Origin: Eledone cirrhosa
Taxonomy: Eukaryota
DNA: 64,000 bases
Direction of reading: 5' to 3'
Assembly: GCA_964016885.1 (NCBI GenBank)
Contig: OZ024743.1
Location: forward strand, 247,814,001 to 247,878,000
Below, piece after piece: positions 24,736 through 38,058 of the stretch. The notes below the pieces were generated by a model that saw nothing but the letters and a program-made list of their open reading frames with translations, was not told where the DNA came from and searched no databases. A program made the position numbers and the translations under genes. How positions within the stretch are numbered: the first letter of the stretch is position 1; every line of letters starts with the position of its first letter.

Positions 24736-25329
24736 CCTGCATGCTTACACTAATCTCCTCACTTTTCTCCACTTTACAAGTGCCATGATTTAAAACCAAT
24801 CTCTAACATATTATTATTTTCTCTTCTTATTGTTTTTTTCTTTTTTCTTACTGTCCTGAACTTTTTCTTCTGCTCTTTACTTTCTGAAGAAATTCATAGC
24901 TTGAAACATTATTTACTGAGAACTTTTTTTAGTGCACATGTGCGTTAAACTAGTATTCTCAATTTAGATCATCTTCCATCATGTTTTTGTCCTGTTACTT
25001 TATTCACTATATATATATACATATATCGTAGGCCCTCTTTTGTCATGAACGACCATGGGATTTGCATCCTGAAAGTTTCCCTCTCAGACACAAGCCTGTG
25101 TTTGTGGAAGACCAACAGTTGCCAGTCTCCCCTCACCATGCCACTGATGTTGTCCAAGGGAAAGTCAATGGCCAATACAGCTTAGCACCAGTGATGTCAC
25201 AACTCATTTCTACAGCTGAGTGAAATGTGAAATAGTGTTTTGCTCAAGAACACAATGCACCACCTAGTCTGGGGGTCCAAACTCACAATCTTGTGATTGT
25301 GAGGCCAACACTCTAACTACTAAGTCACT

Positions 25330-25360
<31 letters not shown>

Positions 25361-25387
25361 GTATGTGTGTGTATATATATATATATA

Positions 25388-28170
25388 TCCTTATCAGAAG
25401 ACGTGACAGAGTGTCTGTTGTAAACACTAAATCCCTCCCCCATGAAGAATGCACCTCCCAACATAGACTGATAATTAGCGACCTCATAGTCAGGACGAGA
25501 CGTACTCGACAGCAGAAGAGGACTATCCTTAGGAGAAAAATATGGAAGCTAAAGGACCCCACAGCCAGAAATAAATTTCAAAGCATATTACTTGATGCTT
25601 TCGACAGTAAGGAAGAGCATTTAGAGTCGGACAATATAGAGGGACAGTGGGAATTTCTGAAAGCAAATCTGCTGATGGCGACAGACGAAGTCTGTGGCTG
25701 GAGCAGGCCTGTAGGCAGGAGGAGAGTAACATGGTGGTGGAACAGTAGGGTGGAGGGGTCAATTAAGGCCAAAAAGCAGGCTTGGAAAGTATGGGGGAAG
25801 TAGAGAAGACTATCAAGTGGCTAGGAGGGAGGCTAGGAGACAAGTGTACTTCGCAAGAAGGGAAGCAGAGGAAAGAAAGTTCAAGCATGTTCTACAACGC
25901 GAGGACCAAAAATGAGAGGTGTTCAGGATTGCTAGGCAATGTGTCAAGGAAAACCGTGATATTGTCGGGGAGAAGTGTGTACTTAATGATGACGGCGTAC
26001 TTGCCATCACCGACGCTGATAAGAAGGTAGCTCGGAAGTGCCACTATGAAAGGCTACTAAATGAGGAGAATAAATGGGAGAAAGACAGTCTCCCCCACAT
26101 CGACCCAATAGAGGGACCAGCAGTGTTAGTCGAGGGTAGTATAATAAGTAAGGCAATCAAGGATATGAAGACGGGTAAGGCGGCTGGGCCTTCGGAAATA
26201 GTTGCTGAGATGCTGAAGGCATCTGGCTCGGTGGGACACACCTTGGTCACCCGGATAGTTAACCAAGTCGTACAGAATGGGGTTGTTCCGAAGGACTGGC
26301 ATAGCAGCATCATCGTTAACTGTTATAAGGGTAAAGGAGATGCCCTAGATAGGAGTAACTATAGAGGCATTAAACTAATCGACCAGGTCATGAAGGTCAC
26401 GGAAAAAGTAATAGCGCAACTAATCAGAGAGAGAATTGACCTAGATGAAATGCAGTTCGGGTTTGTGTCAGGCAAAAGTACCACAGACGCTCTTTTCATT
26501 GTACGTCAACTACAGGAGAAGTACCTAGCTAAAGGTAAACCCCTCTACTTAGCTTTTGTCGACTTGGAGAAAGCCTTCGACAGAGTCCCCGTTCCATTAT
26601 CTGGTGGGCCCTTAGAAAACTAGGTGTCGACGAATGGCTTGTGAGAGCTATACAAGCCATGTATAAAGAAACAGTCAGCAAGGTTAGAATTAACAACGAA
26701 TATAGTGAAGAGTTTAGCGTAAAAGTTGGCGTCCATCAGGGCTCTGTTCTCAGCCCCCTACTATTTATTATTGCCCTTCAGGCTATAACAGAGGAGTTCA
26801 AGACCGGCTGCCCATGGGAACTCCTATACGCAGACGACCTGACACTCATAGCTGAATCAATGGCCGAGCTAGAGAAGAAATTCCAAACATGGAAGCACGG
26901 CCTAGAATCAAAAGGCCTTAAAATTAACCTGGCTAAGACTAAAGTTCTAGTTTGTAGGAAAGAAAATAAGGCGGCGGTCCCTTCCGGGAAATGGCCATGC
27001 TCAGTGTGTAGGAAAGGCGTAGGTAGAAAATCCATTTTATGTCCCAAATGCAAAGTATGGGTGCATAAAAGATGTAGTGGGATCACAGGTAAGCTAACTA
27101 AGAACTTAGATTTTACATGTGGGCGGTGCTCTGGTGCAATAAGTAGCAGCGAGTGCCCACAAAATACTAACTCTTTCAATTGCGCAGAGGGCTCTATAGA
27201 AATAGTGGACAGTTTCCGTTACCTGGGTGACAAAATCAGCAGTGGGGGAGGGTGCTCCGAAAGTACAGTAGCTAGAGTCAGAACTGGATGGAAAAAGTTC
27301 AGAGAGCTTATACCACTATTAGCCGCTAAAGGGTTCTCCCTAAAAATGAAAGGCAGGTTGTATGATGCCTGCATACGAACAGCAATGTTGCATGGCAGCG
27401 AGACCTGGGCATTGTGCGCAGAGGATATACGCAGACTAGAGAGGAACGAAGCTTGCATGCTCCGCTGGATGTGTAATAGTAATATACGTGAACGGCAAAG
27501 CATAAACGAACTAAGGAAAAAATTAGAAATAAGAGGGATCAGATGTTGTTTACTCGAGAGAAGGCTACGTTGGTATGGACACGTGATGCGCATGAAAGTC
27601 GATAGCTGTATAACAAAGTGCAGGGCAATAAAGATAGACGGTAGCCACGGAATAGGCAGACCTAGAAAATCCTGGGACGAGCTGATAAACTCCGACCTCA
27701 CACACTTACACCTCTCCAAGACAATGTCACTGGACCGAGACCTTTGGCGGTACTCAGTAATAGAGAAGACCCGCCTTACCTAAATACATAGTAAAACCTA
27801 CTACAGCCAGTAGGCATCTCTAACAAAATACACCCCGTCCCACCACCCACACCCCCATCCACACCACCCCCTCCTATGTAAAGTTATGTTGGTGCCACAA
27901 CATCCAGGCCGAAACAAATGAGATCGTGTAGGTGTCACGACAAAAAAACATACAGTCCACGCTGTAATGTGGCCGTTTAGGCAACACGGTAAAAACCTCC
28001 CAGACCCACACTGTAAATGTGGTTGGTGTTAGGAAGGGCATCCAACTGTAGAAAACCTGCCAGACAGTCCTATGCGAGCAAGACAATCACTCTTGCCTCA
28101 AGTGGGAATACCCCCGTCCAAACCCATGCAAGCGTGGAACACGGACGTTAAACGTTGATGATGATGATGA

Positions 28171-28173
<3 letters not shown>
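25388..28173 (+). mobile_element. 5'-truncated RTE-clade LINE: end of the endonuclease region, RT, PHD-like zinc finger, 3' UTR and (GAT)n tail; few disabling mutations
   Basis: ORFs 25363-25803, 25919-26623 and 26641-27783; NYRGIKL, FVDLEKAFDRV, HQGSVLSPLLF, YADD; flanked by (TA)n. Confidence 0.95.
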
Positions 28174-28217
<44 letters not shown>

Positions 28218-28768
28218 TGTGTGTGTATATATATACTACATGACGGTATGTACAGTATCAAACAATTTTCGGTTCAATATGATCCCAACATTATCTAATT
28301 CTTATATCTCTCTTTAGCCATCCATCTGATTAAGGCATCCTGTCCGAAATACATTAGATAACATCCCATAGGCATATCTTGAAATGCACATAATAGCAGT
28401 GTGTTGAATGAATTAAAATATGAAAAAATAGCATCCTGTCTCTGTAATCAATCATTCATATATATAAATGAATGATATACATACAGTGTGTATGCATATA
28501 TATATATATACACATACAAATGTATATATATATATAGTTATGTAATAAACAACATAAGACAATTATTCCATTTACCAAAGGTTCCATGAAGACAGACAAG
28601 CTCGACACAGACGTCTGAAATCGCTCATCAGAATGAAATTTTATTTGAAGTGGATGTAAGATATGAATTTAAAAACAAAGGCTTAAACAATTGAAAGCGA
28701 GGCTGATATAAAAGGAAATAATGACCGTAATGTAATGGGGGAAAATAATAAATATATTTATATATATA

Positions 28769-31349
28769 CTAGCGGAGCTACCCGGCTTCGCTCAGTGTTA
28801 AAAAGCTTATTTAGAAAAGAATAATATTAACATTTTAATCGTTATTTAAAAACTTCTGTAATTTAGTTTCTATTTTTTAGATTTTAACATTTATCTTTAA
28901 ATGACTGAATGACTGACGAATTTAAAGAAAATTCGTTATAAGAACATTTAATTTGTTTTACTGAAGTGCTTTTGGATACACAATGTTTTTTTGTTTTTCC
29001 TTCTGGTGCGTACACGAATAAATCAGAAGGTTTACCGACGCGTGAGCAAGCCACATACAGCTGTCCATGTGAGAAGCATGGATTTTCTAAATTTAGTCCA
29101 CACACTTGTAGCGATTGTCCTTGTGCTTTGTTGATAGTCATTGCAAAGGCGAGTCGCACCGGAAACTGCAAACGTTTGAAATCGAATGGCGTATCTGTTG
29201 GAATGATTGGGATGCGTGGCAAGAGTACATCTTCTCCTTTAAATTTTCCATTTAAAATTGTAGCCTCGATGATATTGTTCATCGTCTTTTTCACTGAAAG
29301 TCTGGTACCGTTGCAAAGTTGTGGTGGATTGATGTTTCGGAGAAGGATGATAGGCACGCCAATTTTCAATGTTAAAATGTGCGGTGGCATGCCTGGCAAA
29401 TCAAGTGAATTCAAGAATTCAATTGGATAATTGATAATTTCGTCTTGATTCATTACAGTATCGATGGACTTATACGTTGTCGCTTCGCCTGGTATTTCGT
29501 TTTGAATGCTGAAATTAATGGCATTGACATCGGTGTTTTTGGCTGCTAATATAGCACGTACACTGAGCCACTGATGATTTTTGTAATGCTGCGCAATATT
29601 TGGGAACACTTTGTGAATCAGTTCGTCTCTGGTTGCCGTGATTCTACAGAAGTTTGTTGGCAATGTGATACATTTTGTGGAATCATCGATTACCATTTTC
29701 CCATTCCCAATATCCAGCAATTGTTTTGTGAAACGTTCAGCGGATGCGTCATTTTGTAGTTGTACACGCATATTGTTTTTTAAAGTTAATTTCTGTACGT
29801 GTCGCCATAAAACTGATGATTTGAGACATGCATTAAGCTCATCAGCGGGTGTTGATCGCGGTATAACTGGTAGAGTTTGTCGAAAATCACCAGACAATAA
29901 AATGAGTGTGCCACCGAAGAGCTGTTCATTTCCTTTCAAATCTTTTAGCGTATTATTAAGCGCTTCCAATGATTTTTTTGTGCGCCATAGTACATTCGTC
30001 CCATATAATGATTTTACATGATTGGAGTACTTTACCTATACCAGAATTTTTGGTAATATTGCATGTTGATGTCTCAGCGATTTGCATATTCAATGGCAAT
30101 TTCAGGGCTGAATGTGCTGTTCGGCCACCATCTAAAAGAGTTGCCGCAATTCCAGATGATGCGATTGCCAGTGCAATATTATTTTCTGATCGTATAGTTG
30201 CCAAAATAAGTGAAATGAGAAAAGTTTTGCCTGTACTACCGGGCGCATCTATAAAATACAATCCGCCGCTTTGACTTATAATTGCCTGCATAATTTGGTC
30301 ATATACTATGCGTTGTTCTGGTAGCAATTTGGGAACATTCGTTTGAACAAATGTACCCAATTCGGCGACATCAAAGTTTGTTTCTCGTTGCAAATCACGA
30401 TCGAAAATGTCGTTTACAGATCGATTCGGCGCAGGCATTCCCAATTGTACCAATGTTTTGTTAGCGATTGCTAAACATATGACCTCAATGGAAACCAATG
30501 CTTCATTATACACATTTTGTGTGAATTGAATATTCATATTTTGATTTGTTGCACGCAAACGATGTAGGATGTCTTCACTCATGTAGTCTTTATATTTTTC
30601 CCAAAGATCTTTTGGATTTGATGGGAAGCACGTTGTCAATATTATTGAGAATAATGTGCGTATTTGCTTTGGTCGAGCAGTATTCGATGCATCAGCGAGT
30701 GAAGTGTCCCAATGTCCATCATTTTCAAGAAGATTTAATTCTTGGCAAGCTTCACGATAAGTGGCACATACTTGACCGTTTACTGTTCTCAATTCTTGGA
30801 ATGATGTCGGTCCACGTATGTGTCCAGGTCAGGAAAATAAGGACAGACGAAATGAAGATATCAAATTACAGCACTTAGTTAAGGGCTAGCTGAAAAAGAA
30901 TTCCCTGTAATGGGAGTGGAAGGGAAGTAATGTGAAACAGACACTATACTAATTCTATTGAAATTATATTAAATTAAAGAGAGAATTTACTAATTCTATT
31001 GAAATTATATTAAATTAAAGAGAGAATACTAATTCTATTGAAATTATCTTTAATTAAAAAAATTTCACACTCGCTCTTTCACTCACTCTTTGTCTATACG
31101 TTGATTTCTCTTTCTCCGTTTATAGCACTCTCTCTTTGTCTATACGTTGCTCTTTCACTCTCTCTTTGTCTATACGTTGATTTCTCTTTCTCCGTTTATA
31201 ACTTTAGAGACAGTCTAATATAGGGAGTGGTTCAAAGCAGCCAGACTACTCGCTCTTTCACTCTCTGTTTGAATATACGTTGATTTCTCTTTTTCCGTTT
31301 ATATCTTTGGACAAACAAACAAACATACATTCATTTTTATATATATAGA
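28769..31349 (-). mobile_element. Helitron, internally deleted, carrying a PIF1-family helicase (ORFs 29956-30792 and 28884-29969, one frameshift)
   Basis: A|TC 5' end at 31349, subterminal hairpin + CTAG|T 3' end at 28769; motifs DAPGSTGKT, IIWDECTM, GDFRQTLPV, AFAMTINKAQGQ, HGQLYVACSRV. Confidence 0.95.
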
Positions 31350-31492
31350 TAAATATACACATACATATATATAAGCATCTACCCACGCATATACTTATAC
31401 TCACACACATACTCATAAACATATGTACATGTACACACACATATATACATACACATATACATACATATACATAGACGCGCGTATACATATGT

Positions 31493-31527
<35 letters not shown>

Positions 31528-32337
31528 CATACACACATACATATATAAACAAAAACATACACACACATATATGCATATATATATATAAATGAAAAATAGA
31601 GAAATTAATGTAAACCTAAAGCCAACAATAATTCAGACATATAAGTGACTATAACATCAAGATGAACAATTTTTAACGTAAGATGTGGGATAAGTAATAC
31701 GATCTTAATTCAAAACAAGTCAAGAAGAAAAACTTTATCCTCAGACTTTGTGTAAGTTGGGGAAAAAACAGTACAATCTTAACTCAAAATAAAATATATA
31801 TACACAATCACATACATATACACACACACAAATATATACATTATCATCATCATCATCATCATTTTACGTCCGCTTTTCCCTGCTTATAAACACATATATG
31901 TATGTATGTGCACACACATATATATATACATAAATACATACATATATGCAGCCATATATACATAAACATGTACATAGACATACATACAAACATACATACA
32001 CAATATAAAAACACATACAATAAAATATATCAACCGTACATTCATAAGATATAAACGCATTAATAAAATGCAAACAAAAAGTTTATTCTTGTATAGGAAT
32101 ACGGACAAGGAAGTAAATATAGATAAAAAAAACAAACATACAGTCACGTATAAAATTATATAAAGACACACGTATATACGTATATACGTATATACGTACG
32201 TACTTAGACACACACATACATTTTTTTTTATATACACACACTCACACATCATCATTTCATCATAATTTTATTTTACGTCCGCTTTTCCCTGCTTGCAAGG
32301 GTGGGGCGGGAACTGCTCTAACCACTAAGCCATGTCC

Positions 32338-32482
<145 letters not shown>

Positions 32483-32493
32483 TTATATTTATT

Positions 32494-32660
32494 TATTTAT
32501 TAAAATAACAGATTAAAGTTTAAGCAAAGAATCGCTGCTTTCACCCTTAACGGGATCTTCTGAAACTAACAAAGTCAATCTTTGTTAGTTTCAGAAGATC
32601 CCGTTATGGGTGAAAGCAGCGATTCTTTGCTTAAACTTTAATCTGTTATTTTAATAAATA
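32494..32660. repeat. Fold-back inverted repeat of a dispersed repeat family (also ~2940-3060, 9493-9655, 37745-37912, 42433-42500)
   Basis: ~80-bp arms, near perfect, short loop. Confidence 0.9.
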
Positions 32661-33582
32661 TTTGCTCTACGGTTCTTATATATTTCATATATATTTTCCT
32701 TATCGAGCCCTCTTTGGATTTTAGTCATCAATTTTATTATTATTACTATTATTATTATTATTATTATTACTATATATATATATATATATATATACAGGTT
32801 TTACTAAAATTCCATATACATGCGTACACACAGATGTAAATATATAAAAAATATATATTCGTACATACGGACACACATGCAAAAATAAATATACAAACAC
32901 ATACATATGGAAATATGAAAAAAGATGGGGGAGAAAAAATATGGAAATATATACAAATACACATATATATGCAATTATGAAAAAAAGGGTAGTGGGGGGA
33001 TATGGAAATATACGTACATGCAGAACATATACATACATAGACATGTAGAAATAAACACACATACATATGACTATTGATATACATTTACACAAATATGCAA
33101 GAATACACACGCAATTATAAATAAATACATACAAAAGTGCATACATATAAAAACATATATTCATACATATCTATGAATATATTATCTGAAAGATAGAAAT
33201 AGGGTTCCCGTAGATAAAATGATGAAATCTAAGGGTGTATGTATAACTAATAGGTAGAAAGAAAAATGGATGGGGGTCATGAGAGGGTATGATAAAGGAT
33301 ATGTGAATATGTGAGTGTTATTGGTTGTAGATAAAGTTAAGGTTAAAGATTAAAAAAGGAAGAAGTGTTCAAGGTCTCTAAAAGGTTAAGAAGGGTGGAC
33401 AGAATGAAGGTGGTCGGTGTGTGTGTGTGTGTTAAAAGTATGAAAGAAAAAAAGAGGGGGGGGGGGTATAACTAAAATAAATAAGTGGGTGTTTATTGTG
33501 TATAATGGTTGTGGTAAAATGTATGTGTTCATAAAGAAATCTGGACCGTGAGTGGAAGAGTTAATTTGTAGAAAGAGGAAGT

Positions 33583-33846
33583 TCAGGGTGGTTGAGTGTC
33601 CAAAGGTATATTATACCAGCTGGAAAGAAGATGTGATTTCATGTGTGGACAACTTCTGAAGATATCAGTTTTGGAATTGAGGCAAGTACTAGGAGTTTTC
33701 AGATTTTGCAGTATTCTGTACTTTTCGGTTATAGATTTTTTTGTGCCTTTCTGGTATTCTTTTGAGTAGTCTAAAATAGACCAATCAATCAAGTATGGAA
33801 TCTTGCGTTCTTTTAACTCCCTCGCTTTATTAGCCAGCGCCGTAGA
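33583..33846 (-). mobile_element. Penelope-like element GIY-YIG endonuclease C-terminal fragment
   Basis: STALANKARELKE...IDWSIL...EKYRIL...LNSKTDIFRSCPH. Confidence 0.75.
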
Positions 33847-33879
33847 TGTTATATATACAAATGTATATACATATATATA

Positions 33880-34775
33880 TCATCCTTTCCTTTTCCTCAT
33901 TGTCATCGATTTCATCATGAAGAAGACAATGAGTGACCCTCGTTTTGGCATCAGTTGGGATGGAAGGAGATTAAACGACCTGGACTTTGCCGATGACATC
34001 GCAGTGATAGGCCATTTCCGAGAAGACCTGCAAGATATGACAAACGTTCTAAATGACAATGCAGAGAAAGTTGGCCTGTGCATCAGTTGTGAAAAAACCA
34101 AGACCATGTCGACAGGTGACCCTCCAAATCCTCCCATCATGGTTGGTCAGCGTAACATTGAATGTGTAAACCACTTCCAATGCCTTGGCAGAAACATCTC
34201 TGACGATGGGGATGCTGAGGTGGATGTGCGCACAAGCTGGGAAAAGCAGCGGCGGTCTTCCAGCGACTCCGTCCGGTATGGTCCAGGTGTTCCATCGGCA
34301 ACGCCGTCAAATTCCGTGTTTACATGTCCATTGTAGTACCAACAGCGATATATGCCTGTGAGACATGGAAAAGTACGGAAAGTGTATGTAACAAGCTTGA
34401 TGTATTCCACCGTCGTTGCATTCGGACCATATTGAAAATTTCATGGAGAGACCAAGTTAGCAACGAGGAAGTGATGAGGAGGTCAGGATTGGAGAGGTTA
34501 AGGGACATTGTCCGGAAAAGGAGACGGCGGTTTGCGAGCCACATCCTTCGTTTGCCGGCAGATCGACCTGCTCATATTGCCATGGATTGGGTACCAGAAG
34601 GTGGCAGGAGAGAACGGGGAAGACCATGAAAAACATGGCGGAGCACATTCAGGGAGGACCTGCAGGAGATGGGAATTACCTGGAGAGGTGCTAGAAGGGC
34701 CGCCAGCGACAGGATCAAGTGGAGGAAGCTCGTTGCCCAATGTCCCACAAGGGACTGGAGGAACTAAGACTAAGA
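33880..34775 (+). mobile_element. RTE-type LINE 3' fragment, second family
   Basis: LNDLDFADDIA, YACETWK, FHRRCIRTILKISWRD, RGRP; tail actaagactaag. Confidence 0.88.
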
Positions 34776-35125
34776 TATATCATCATCGTTTTGCGTCCAT
34801 TCTTCCACACTGGCATGGATCAGACGACTTGTTCTCTTGTGAGCAATGTTAGGTCAGGTGACCACGTCTTGCTCATACGGAACTGATTTTGGCTTGGTTT
34901 CTACAACTGGGTGCCCTTCCTAACGCCAACCTCATACCTACATGACCACTCTACAGTGTGGACTGGGTGCTTTTATCACTTCATCCCTAAATCTTCTAAG
35001 GCTTCCATCATCATCATCATTATTTTATATCCATTTCTGCACGCTTGCATGGGCTAGACGGGTTGTCAACCTATGAAAACGTCAGGTCAGGTGACCACCT
35101 CTTGCTCTATGTATGTATATATATA

Positions 35126-36434
35126 GGCCGGGTTGTCGGGTTTGTTGATCTTGGGGAGGAAGTAGATGGTGGGGTGCGGGGGTACGGACGATGAGGTGGG
35201 AAGCGGTAGGAGGGAGGAGGAGACAAGGTGTTGGATGGTGGAGGAAACTTGTTGTTGGTAGAGGGGGGGAGGGTCGGAAGGTAGAGGGCGGTAGAAGAGG
35301 GGGTTACGGAGCTGCCTGAGGGCTTCGGCCGTGTAGAGGTCGGCGTGCGACACCACCACGGTGCCTCCCTTGTCCGCCAGTTTGATGACGATGTCGTCGC
35401 GAATACGGAGGGAGCGGAGGACGAGGAGTTCGATCCGTGAGATGTTATTCCGTTTGGAGCGGCGGCGGAAGTCGAAGCGATTTACTGCGCTACGGAAGGC
35501 GTCAACGAACGCGTCCAGGGTGCCGGCGTCCAAGAAGATGGGCGTCGGCCCAGGGCGAGAAAGGGATCAGGGGCGTTCGGAGCCGGTGGGGTGTTGGAGA
35601 AGTGTGCCTGTAGCTTGGTGCGTCGCACAAATCGCTCGACGTCCGCTCGGGTGCGGAACTCGTTGCTGTACGGGGTGTGGGGTATGAAGCGCAGGCCTCT
35701 ACTGAGGAGTGAGCGCTCAGTTGCGGAGAGGGGGATGTCGGGAGGTATGATGACGGCTAGTGGGGGTGGAGGGAGACGGGATAGGGGTATGGGAGGGGGT
35801 GGGGATGGCGTGGTGGAGGTGGGGTGGTATGGAGGGATGTTATGGGTGAGGTGGGGTGGGTGAGAGTGGGGGAAGGTGGTTGTGGTGCTGGGGAGTGAGT
35901 GGAGCTTGTGGGCTTTGGTGGAGGTGAGGAAGGAAAAGAGGTTGTGGTTGAGATTTTGGATGAAAAGGAAGATGGAGCAGGCGAGGGGTGGGTGGCATGT
36001 GGAGTGGAGGCGGGGGAGGTTGTGGTCGAGGTTGCGGATGGTGGAGAGGGAGGAGCGGAGGGAGTTGTGCATGAGGAGACGCGAGGAGCGAGTGAGGATG
36101 CGTTGGGTGGAGGAGGAAGGTGTGGAAGTGCAGTCGGAAGTCGTGGGGATGAGGTGTGGGTGGAGGCAGCGGCTGAGGAAATGGATGTGGCTGGAACGCA
36201 GGGTCTTAGCGAAGAGGAGATCGGAGAGTTAGAGGGCCGAGGGGAGATAGCTTGGTGGGAGGAGGGGGTGAGGACGTGTTTAAGGCTGGTCGTCACCCTT
36301 AACTGCTTCTCCTTCTCGGGTGAGTTTTACCAGCAGGTCACGGGGTAGCCATGGGCACAAGAATGGACCCCAACTATGCCAACCTTTTCGTTGGCCATGT
36401 TGAGGCCCAAATCTTTGCCCAATACACCGGCCCC
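35126..36434 (-). mobile_element. GC-rich Penelope-like element RT fragment with an inverted segment (~36280-36434 on +)
   Basis: - strand: LLSRGLRFIP, IVIKLADKGGTVVV, YFLPKINKPDNP; + strand: NCFSFSGEFYQQVTG-AMGTRMDPNYANLFVG. Confidence 0.85.
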
Positions 36435-36499
36435 AGTCAATTTAGAATGGAAATAGAAGCACAATAATTTCTTCTAGTTGACTCCAGGGATCACATTTC

Positions 36500-37140
36500 A
36501 CTGAAATACAATATAGTCAGTGACTCGAAAGATATTTCTGGACCTGTTTGTCAGGCCTAAGCCATTTATCCAAAATATATTTCTTCACATGGGGACAAAC
36601 GTCAAAGCAATCGAGTCGTGTGTTGAGGCAGTGCTTATCCGAAGCTAATTGTGAGAGTATCAACCATTTTTCGGAATTACAAAGCCGACAAAATTTTGAT
36701 CCATTTACGTAGGCGGTAGATCTTTCCAAAATACGCCATTTGATGGAAAAAGGCGTGCCATTGTTCTTAAGGTCCCATACGTGGTTTGCGAGCTGGATGG
36801 TATGTTTTTAATCAGGATATCTGAATGTTGTTTCGTGATTCCGGAACCGGGTTTTAAAGAACCACCAAACTGAAGCCTGGATCTATATTGGTATGTCCGA
36901 GAGCCGGTTCCAGAATAACGAAACAACATTATATAATATATATGGGAGGGTCATGCTGCCAATAAAAACACGCACACTTATTCGTTTCCACTTCAATTTA
37001 TAATAAATTTCCGGTTGGTTGGTTCAATAACCGGATGGTTGTTTATATATTGTCAAAGCTCTTTCGTCACACATTCTGTGACCTCCTCAATGACTGGTTT
37101 CTTATTTTGTGTCTCTCATTTGTCACCATCTTGTTTTTGT
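36500..37140 (-). mobile_element. Penelope-like GIY-YIG remnant plus hammerhead-bearing terminal repeat
   Basis: FKTRFRNH, LANHVWDLK, WRILERS, CRLCNSEKWLIL, CPH; 36944-37100 matches 1030-1220. Confidence 0.8.
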
Positions 37141-37142
37141 GC

Positions 37143-37194
<52 letters not shown>

Positions 37195-37338
37195 ATGTAT
37201 ATATATCTATACATATATGTACATATATATCATCGTCATCCTCCTCCTCCTCATCATCATCATCATCACCGTTTAGCGTCCATTTTTTCCAGGCTAGCAT
37301 GGGTTAGACAAAACACACACACACACACTCACGCACGC

Positions 37339-37461
<123 letters not shown>

Positions 37462-38038
37462 TATATAAAACTGTAGTTGTCTGTGTCCTCATTTTTGCAA
37501 AGTCTATACAAATCCACATTTCTACTCCGATTGACTTCAAACTTGCATTTATATATTCCTTGCGATCTAAAGGTATTAACTGCAGCTTTTATTTTTCAAT
37601 TTTCTGTTGTTAAAGGGGTGTTAGGCAACGGTTATCCATCTCCGTCGCGCCCTCATAATATCTGCCTGTATGCCTGGCTGTCTGCATTACGACATTCTGA
37701 CAAACATTGATGACGTATTATGTTTGCTATTTTCCGTTCATTGCCAGGGAACGTCTTCACGAACCAAAGTATCGTCTTCCTGTTTTCCTTCGGTTGCAAC
37801 GTTTTTCGAAATATTTACTTTTGCGTTCACAGATTGATTTGTTTTAGTTTCAGAAGATTCCGTTAAGGGTGAAAGCAGCGATTCTTTGCTTAAACTTTAA
37901 TCTGTTATTTTAATATATAATATAAACGAGGCAAGCCAGCCCAGTTGCACTTCTTGCTAATAAACATTAACCCTTTGTGCGCCATTCATCTAACTGTAGA
38001 CCAACAAATACCAACTAAACGGAGCGTTGACAAGAACG

Positions 38039-38058
38039 ATGGCGAATGAATCTTCGAG
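38039..38058 (+). CDS. Candidate first coding exon (MANESS) of an unidentified gene
   Basis: acgATGG start context and strong gag|gtaagc donor in a repeat-poor, GC-richer patch; phase 2. Confidence 0.25.

Noticed and set aside
24477-24788. Hydrophobic 103-aa ORF
   Set aside because: Translation of the 36-bp minisatellite
35591-36270. Long + strand Gly/Glu/Arg-rich ORFs
   Set aside because: Antisense shadows of the GC-rich Penelope-like ORF
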